Shown here: piece by piece, positions 59,032-64,000 of the stretch
Layout: each line of letters starts with the position of its first letter
Position numbering within the stretch: the first letter of the stretch is position 1
Source of the DNA: Candidatus Bilamarchaeaceae archaeon
Lineage (GTDB): Archaea > Micrarchaeota > Micrarchaeia > Anstonellales > Bilamarchaeaceae
Length of the DNA: 64,000 nt
Direction: 5' to 3'
NCBI GenBank assembly: GCA_038851325.1
Contig: JAWCKZ010000001.1
Coordinates: 1 to 64,000 of the forward strand
Notes under the pieces: model-generated
Databases searched by the model: none
What the model was told of the DNA's origin: nothing
The model's input: only the letters and a program-made list of their open reading frames with translations
Position numbers and translations under genes: made by a program

Positions 59032-60111
59032 TCAGCCAAGAACTTCAAGATCCTCGCTGTATGGCGGCATAGCGGTTGTTTCTTCTGAGTGGAACGGTGC
59101 TCCAGCAACAGACGCGCCCTTCACGCCAGTTACTATCGCAACAATCTCTAACTTTCCTTCGTAGTTCTGTATAATTCTTGCGCCCCACTTAACATTTGCT
59201 TCTGGGTCCATTTTTTCTGTTATAATCTCTCCTGCTTTTATCGCATCACCAAGTGTAAGGTCAGACCCACCAGATATATGAATAAGTGCGCCCTTCGCAC
59301 CCTCAAAATCGACGTCCAGAAGTCTGTTCTTTATGACTCCTTCTGCAGCAGCGCGAACCTTATCGTTTCCTTTGCCTTCGCCAACTGCAATGAAGCCGAC
59401 GCCGCCACCTTCCATGATCGCACGCACATCTGCAAAATCTATGTTTATCAGTGATGGTTGAGTAATAGTCCACACAAGCCCGCTTATTGCTCTCGCGAGT
59501 ATCTCGTCAGCAACAGAGAATGCCTCTGTCATCGGAAGGTTTGGAACAAGCTGAACAAGCCTGTTGTTGTCCAATATAATAACAGAATCACAGTATTTTG
59601 TAAGTGCCTTTATACCTTCATCTGCTCTCTTTTTTCTTGCGCGCTCAAGCGCGAACGGGTATGTAACCATTGCTACGACAATTGCGCCCTGCTCTTTTGC
59701 GATGTTTGCTACTATCGGTGCTGCGCCGCCGCCTGTTCCGCCGCCCATCCCTGCGCATATGAACACAAGGTGCGCGCCCTCTAACTCTTTTTCTATGAGC
59801 GGTCTATCGACCTCTGCAGATTTTGCTCCGATGTCTGGGTATCCACCGGCACCCAGCCCTTTTGTTACGCTCTTACCTATAAGAATCTTCTTGGCTCTCT
59901 CATGTACTATATTCAAGTGCTGCTTGTCTGTATTTACCGCAACAAGCTCTGTACCCTTAACGCCAGACTTTATCAACCTGTTGATGGTGTTGTTTCCTGC
60001 GCCACCAACACCGACGGTCACTATCTTAATTTGCTCTGAACTTAACGTCTCGCTCTCCTCCTTAACCGGGGCGGTTGATTCGCCCATAACAGACCTTACC
60101 AAATCTTCCAT
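59032..60111 (-). CDS. ftsZ: Cell division protein FtsZ
   Basis: GVGGAGNN, NTD, GMGGGTGGG, NIDFADV; start at 60111 after GGTGA. Confidence 0.97.
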   Translation of the reverse strand: MEDLVRSVMGESTAPVKEESETLSSEQIKIVTVGVGGAGNNTINRLIKSGVKGTELVAVNTDKQHLNIVHERAKKILIGKSVTKGLGAGGYPDIGAKSAEVDRPLIEKELEGAHLVFICAGMGGGTGGGAAPIVANIAKEQGAIVVAMVTYPFALERARKKRADEGIKALTKYCDSVIILDNNRLVQLVPNLPMTEAFSVADEILARAISGLVWTITQPSLINIDFADVRAIMEGGGVGFIAVGEGKGNDKVRAAAEGVIKNRLLDVDFEGAKGALIHISGGSDLTLGDAIKAGEIITEKMDPEANVKWGARIIQNYEGKLEIVAIVTGVKGASVAGAPFHSEETTAMPPYSEDLEVLG

Positions 60112-60262
60112 ATTTTTCACCTGTCGCCTTACCAACGGGTTTTACCGTGGGAGGTAAAAAATCTGCTTTTTGCTTTCTTTAAAAATGTTTTCTTTTACCT
60201 CGAAAAATGAATAGCGTTTGTATTCTTTTTTTACCATTATCAAAAAGTGCCCCTCGAAAAAT

Positions 60263-60289
60263 TTAAATACATTTATTAAATACATTTAT
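60263..60289 (+). promoter_or_regulatory. Tandem palindromic operator overlapping the vapB TATA box
   Basis: TAAAT-AC-ATTTA twice with 13-nt period. Confidence 0.55.
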
Positions 60290-60297
60290 CGAATCCC

Positions 60298-60504
60298 ATG
60301 GTAAAAGTTATAACAATAATGGATGAAGTTTATTCAGAACTGTACAAATTAAAGAAATCAAAAGGGATGTCTTTCAGCGAGGCGATCAGGTATCTTCTTG
60401 ATGAACATAAAGAGAGCGGTAGTCCTATTATATCATTTGCTGGTTCCATCTCAGATGATGACATAGACAAAAGAGCTGCTCTCAGAGTTAAAAGAGGTGT
60501 ATAG
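60298..60504 (+). CDS. vapB: VapB-family antitoxin (DUF217-like)
   Basis: KVITIMDEVYSEL…SFSEAI. Confidence 0.85.
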   Translation: MVKVITIMDEVYSELYKLKKSKGMSFSEAIRYLLDEHKESGSPIISFAGSISDDDIDKRAALRVKRGV

Positions 60505-60875
60505 TGGAAAAGATACTTTTAGACTATTACACAGCACTCGATTTTTTACGCGGAGAACCGCAGATAGTTGAAAAATTAAGTTACTATGCAAATACTGAGG
60601 AAATATGCATCTCTTCAGTTACCCTCGCACGTCTTCTTTTCACAATAAAAAAAACAGACGCAATAATCTCTTTTGCGTCTAGCATTACAGTACTGCCATT
60701 TGATAAAAAAAGTGCTATAATAGCATCGAAAATAAAAAGAGAAATGGATGAGAGATCAATCGACCCACCTGAAGAGAGCATAGTAACTGCAGCAGTTTGC
60801 ATGGCAAATGACGCATTCCTCTTCACACGAAGACCTGGCGATTTTGAGGGCATCAGGGGATTAAAAAGGGTTTAG
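60504..60875 (+). CDS. vapC: VapC/PIN-domain protein, apparently degenerate
   Basis: ILLD…ISSVT…LPFD…T.RPGDF…GL; 1-nt overlap with vapB. Confidence 0.8.
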   Translation: MEKILLDYYTALDFLRGEPQIVEKLSYYANTEEICISSVTLARLLFTIKKTDAIISFASSITVLPFDKKSAIIASKIKREMDERSIDPPEESIVTAAVCMANDAFLFTRRPGDFEGIRGLKRV

Positions 60876-60963
60876 GTTAGATTAAAAGCTAGCCCAGGTT
60901 TGGGACGATTATTAAGAATTACGCGGAAGCGTAATTATTAACTGGTGATTGCTGGGTGAGTCT

Positions 60964-62205
60964 ATGAAATTAACACCAAAAGGAATGAGAGATTTCATGC
61001 CAGAGGAGAGTATAATCCGAGAGGAGGTTAGAGACAGAATAGCGACTATCTACAAAAAGTACGGTTTCGCTCCAATGGAAACACCTGCACTGGAATACTT
61101 CGAAACGCTCAGTGCGAAAGCAGGAGAAGAAATAGATAAACAGATATTCATGCTCAAGGATGAAAGGCTTGCGCTCAGATTTGATTTAACTGTTCCTCTT
61201 GCACGAGTCGCAGCGACTCTTGAAAGAGCAAGACCGTTTAAGAGGTACGCGATTGGTCCTGTGTGGCGAAGAGAGGAGCCGCAAAAAGGGAGATTCCGTG
61301 AATTCTGGCAAGCCGACGCAGACATAATCGGTAGTCCGAGCATGAGAGCAGAGGCAGAGCTGCTGACAATAGCGAAAGAGATATGTGAAGAATTTGGGTT
61401 TGCCAAGCCGCGAATACTTCTTAACAACAGAAAGATACTGGATGCATTGGCACTGAAAATAGGATTTGAGGATAAAAAAGCAGAGACATACCGTCTTCTT
61501 GACAAGATAGACAAAGTTGGCAAGGATACGGTTGAGACAGAAGTTATAAAGCTTCTTGGTCAGCGTGGAAAAGAATTGCTCGATATAGTTTCAACTGGAA
61601 AAGACAACGATGAAAAGCTTGAGATAGTCGAGAAGAACGCAAAAGAGGCAAAGGAGGGAGTGAGCGAACTACGTGAGATCCTTGAGCTCTGCAATTTTGA
61701 CATTGAGATAGACCTTTCACTTGTCAGAGGTCTTGGCTACTATACTGGCCCAGTGTACGAAATAAAATTAAGTGATGAGATTGGCACCGTAATCGCAGGT
61801 GGAAGATACGACAAACTTCTCTCACTCTACGGACGAGGTGATTATGCAACCGGGATATCTGTCGGTATAGAACGCCTCATATCACTCTCACTCGAAAAAT
61901 CAGAGAAGAGAAAAACAGAAACGAAGGCATTTATAGCAAACGCAAAGGATGAATTTTATAGAAATGCTCTTGAACTTGCTAAGAGTATAAGGGCTGCTGG
62001 AATACCTGCAGAAACCGACATCAACTCAAGAAGTCTTAGCAAACAGCTTGATTATGCCAACGCAAGAGGCATTCCATTTGTGATAATCATTGGTCAACAG
62101 GAAGTTAGTACAGGAATGTATAAGATAAGGAACATGAGGAATGGTGAGGAGAAAATAATAAAATATGAAGAATTAAGAGGCTTTTTGGAGGAACATAATG
62201 GCTAA
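60964..62205 (+). CDS. hisS: Histidine-tRNA ligase
   Basis: LRFDLTVP, GRFREFWQ, RGLGYYTG, GGRYD. Confidence 0.97.
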   Translation: MKLTPKGMRDFMPEESIIREEVRDRIATIYKKYGFAPMETPALEYFETLSAKAGEEIDKQIFMLKDERLALRFDLTVPLARVAATLERARPFKRYAIGPVWRREEPQKGRFREFWQADADIIGSPSMRAEAELLTIAKEICEEFGFAKPRILLNNRKILDALALKIGFEDKKAETYRLLDKIDKVGKDTVETEVIKLLGQRGKELLDIVSTGKDNDEKLEIVEKNAKEAKEGVSELREILELCNFDIEIDLSLVRGLGYYTGPVYEIKLSDEIGTVIAGGRYDKLLSLYGRGDYATGISVGIERLISLSLEKSEKRKTETKAFIANAKDEFYRNALELAKSIRAAGIPAETDINSRSLSKQLDYANARGIPFVIIIGQQEVSTGMYKIRNMRNGEEKIIKYEELRGFLEEHNG

Positions 62206-62716
62206 CATCCGAATGTCTAATATCCTGAAGGTTCCTGTTATTTATATAAAGGATAAGCAAGCCTTTGAGAAGTATGCTGGAACCTTGCGGCTGCTCGGCA
62301 GTGCCCCTGAGATCGCAAGAGAGTTAAGCAAAAAATATAGATTGCTACATGTAGTTGATCTTGATCTTAAAGGCGGCAGCTTAGCAAATTTTGATATATA
62401 TGATAAGCTTACATATTTCATTCACATCCAAGTAGAGTGCAGTAATGAAAGCGCTGCAAGACGCCTCCTGCAACTAAATGCACGCATAGTGGTAGAACTT
62501 CCAACTAAACTGCCGCTTGAAGAATGGAACAAAAGACTGCTCGTTGGTATTGTTAGTGGTGATGAAGATGCAGCTCTCGTGCATGACGTAATTATCCGAA
62601 ATCCATCGAAAGAAAAAATAGATAAATATCGTTCACAAGGAAAGCGTATAATGCTCTACGAAAACGAATGGGATCAAAAGGAAGACATATGGGCGGTTAT
62701 TTTGTCAAAACCTTGA
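62198..62716 (+). CDS. Truncated HisA/HisF-like TIM-barrel protein
   Basis: VPVIYI and LHVVDLD motifs; 172 aa. Confidence 0.6.
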   Translation: MANIRMSNILKVPVIYIKDKQAFEKYAGTLRLLGSAPEIARELSKKYRLLHVVDLDLKGGSLANFDIYDKLTYFIHIQVECSNESAARRLLQLNARIVVELPTKLPLEEWNKRLLVGIVSGDEDAALVHDVIIRNPSKEKIDKYRSQGKRIMLYENEWDQKEDIWAVILSKP

Positions 62717-63398
62717 CGCCTTCTTTTCCTATCTCAAAGTAATAACGCTTCATGGAATGAGGCGCGCCTTTCATTTTTATGACTTCGATAAAGCGTAGCC
62801 GTTCGTTTTTCTTTTGATCAAAGTAATATGATAGATTTATCCAACCGTCCGTAAAACTTTCTATTCCGTATGTGGTGTTTGGGAGCGCGTCCAGAGAGGA
62901 TACGGTTGTATCCTCTGATATTATCAACGTCGTTGTCTCCCATTTTCTTATATTATCAATGAACTTAAGGAAGCCGTTTTTTCTTTCTTCCTCCCCTTTA
63001 AAGTAAAGCGCGATCGGCATTATCGAATCTATCACAACGCGCTTCACTCCAGATTTATTTATTATCTCCTTTATACCACCGGACTGCTGGATGAATTGGT
63101 CTACTTCATACACAGGATAGTCTAAGAAAATAAGTTTTTGCTTCTTCTCTATACCCTCGATGTCCCACGCATATCCGCTCATATTAAAGAGCATAGAGTC
63201 TCTGCTCTCTTCTATGGAGATGTACATTCCAGGCTCATCAAACTGGTATGCACCAATATATAGAAACTGCATACCAAATGTGCTTTTTCCAACCCCTGTT
63301 GGTCCACCTATGGTTATGATAGAATTCTCTAAGAAGCCGCCATTAAGAACTTTATCCAGGCCCGGGATGCCAGATTTTATAAACTTCCTTTCTCTCAT
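62697..63398 (-). CDS. KaiC/RAD55-family RecA-like ATPase
   Basis: SGIPGLD, GPTGVGKS, RVVIDS, KMKG. Confidence 0.9.
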   Translation of the reverse strand: MRERKFIKSGIPGLDKVLNGGFLENSIITIGGPTGVGKSTFGMQFLYIGAYQFDEPGMYISIEESRDSMLFNMSGYAWDIEGIEKKQKLIFLDYPVYEVDQFIQQSGGIKEIINKSGVKRVVIDSIMPIALYFKGEEERKNGFLKFIDNIRKWETTTLIISEDTTVSSLDALPNTTYGIESFTDGWINLSYYFDQKKNERLRFIEVIKMKGAPHSMKRYYFEIGKEGVKVLTK

Positions 63399-63401
63399 TT
63401 T

Positions 63402-63899
63402 TCACCCCTTCTTCTCTAGGAGTTTTTTGCCTGCCTCAGCCCTAAAGACTAACTGACGCTGTAGCTCTGCAATCTCTTCCGGCTTTGCCAACTTTGTTAA
63501 TATAAGTCTTTTGTAATCTGCGGTGGTTGCAGAGAGTAGAGCAAGGAGTTCATGTGCCTCGCTTAGACTAAATCTTATATCGTTTGGTCTCAAAATCTCA
63601 ATGGAAAAGGGAGAGTGAGTAAGGCAGATATTCGCAAGTGTTGAAAAATTCTTGGTCAAAACTTTTAATTCTATCGATGATGAATAGTTTTTTCCTTCAC
63701 CACCCGCGATTGGTTCGTCTATCTCACCAAGAGCATAAACAACCCCGGGAGTGTAGATTATATGCTGGATAAAGCCCGCGCCGAGGTTCTGAACATCCTC
63801 TTTAGTGGCTGCGTGGATATCAAAATACAGAAGCGCGAGCACGCCTCCTTCCGCTATCGTTTTTTCAGTAATTTTTTTAATATCTTTCTTGTCTTCCAT
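63402..63899 (-). CDS. Conserved hypothetical protein
   Basis: P.SIEILRP motif. Confidence 0.65.
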   Translation of the reverse strand: MEDKKDIKKITEKTIAEGGVLALLYFDIHAATKEDVQNLGAGFIQHIIYTPGVVYALGEIDEPIAGGEGKNYSSSIELKVLTKNFSTLANICLTHSPFSIEILRPNDIRFSLSEAHELLALLSATTADYKRLILTKLAKPEEIAELQRQLVFRAEAGKKLLEKKG

Positions 63900-63929
63900 A
63901 AACATTTTCTGTTCGTAAGCGCTTAAAAA

Positions 63930-64000
63930 TCAATCTGTTATCCCCTTCTTCGTTACCCTAAACACGCACTCGCCCTCTGGCAGATTTGGACTATCGACAA
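63930..64000 (-). CDS. radA: DNA repair protein RadA, C-terminal fragment
   Basis: Manual translation VDSPNLPEGECVFRVTKKGITD*. Confidence 0.85.
   Translation of the reverse strand, partial: VDSPNLPEGECVFRVTKKGITD

Noticed and set aside
62697..63398. Circadian clock system
   Set aside because: A single-domain KaiC-like ATPase of a type common in archaea; no kaiA or kaiB in the window.
1..64000. Prophage, integrase or alternative genetic code
   Set aside because: I recognised no integrase, capsid or terminase genes, and conserved genes end normally at TAA, TAG and TGA.

Overview
This is an archaeal chromosome segment, most likely DPANN Micrarchaeota. The assignment is inferred from a three-unit (epsilon2-type) tRNA splicing endonuclease, archaeal-type ribosomal, translation and RNA polymerase genes, GGTGA ribosome-binding sites, and the presence of DNA gyrase. 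Most of the window is housekeeping: rps6e, aIF2-gamma, rps13-rps4-rps11-rpoD, aEF-1beta, rpl41e, thrS, hisS, rnhB, endA, gyrBA, ftsZ, the 3' end of radA, iscS/iscU, a 2-oxoacid:ferredoxin oxidoreductase, HMG-CoA synthase, thiolase and a minimal [FeFe]-hydrogenase. Accessory content comprises two surface-protein loci (one a >1460-aa beta-helix ORF missing from the ORF track), a decayed IS66-family element, a 222-bp IS66-derived MITE and a VapBC pair. The most unusual signals are non-coding. tRNA-Ser(GCT) has a 194-nt intron built from duplicated hairpins and a leader of tandem minihelix-like repeats. tRNA-Leu(GAG) has two non-canonical introns. An orphan ~250-nt structured RNA with a tRNA-like 5' end shares a covarying hairpin with the Ser intron. 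The 5' end of rpl41e is duplicated and capped by a fold-back hairpin. Together these suggest an undescribed family of hairpin elements colonising tRNA loci in a host with a broad-specificity splicing endonuclease; this is a hypothesis, not a demonstrated system.
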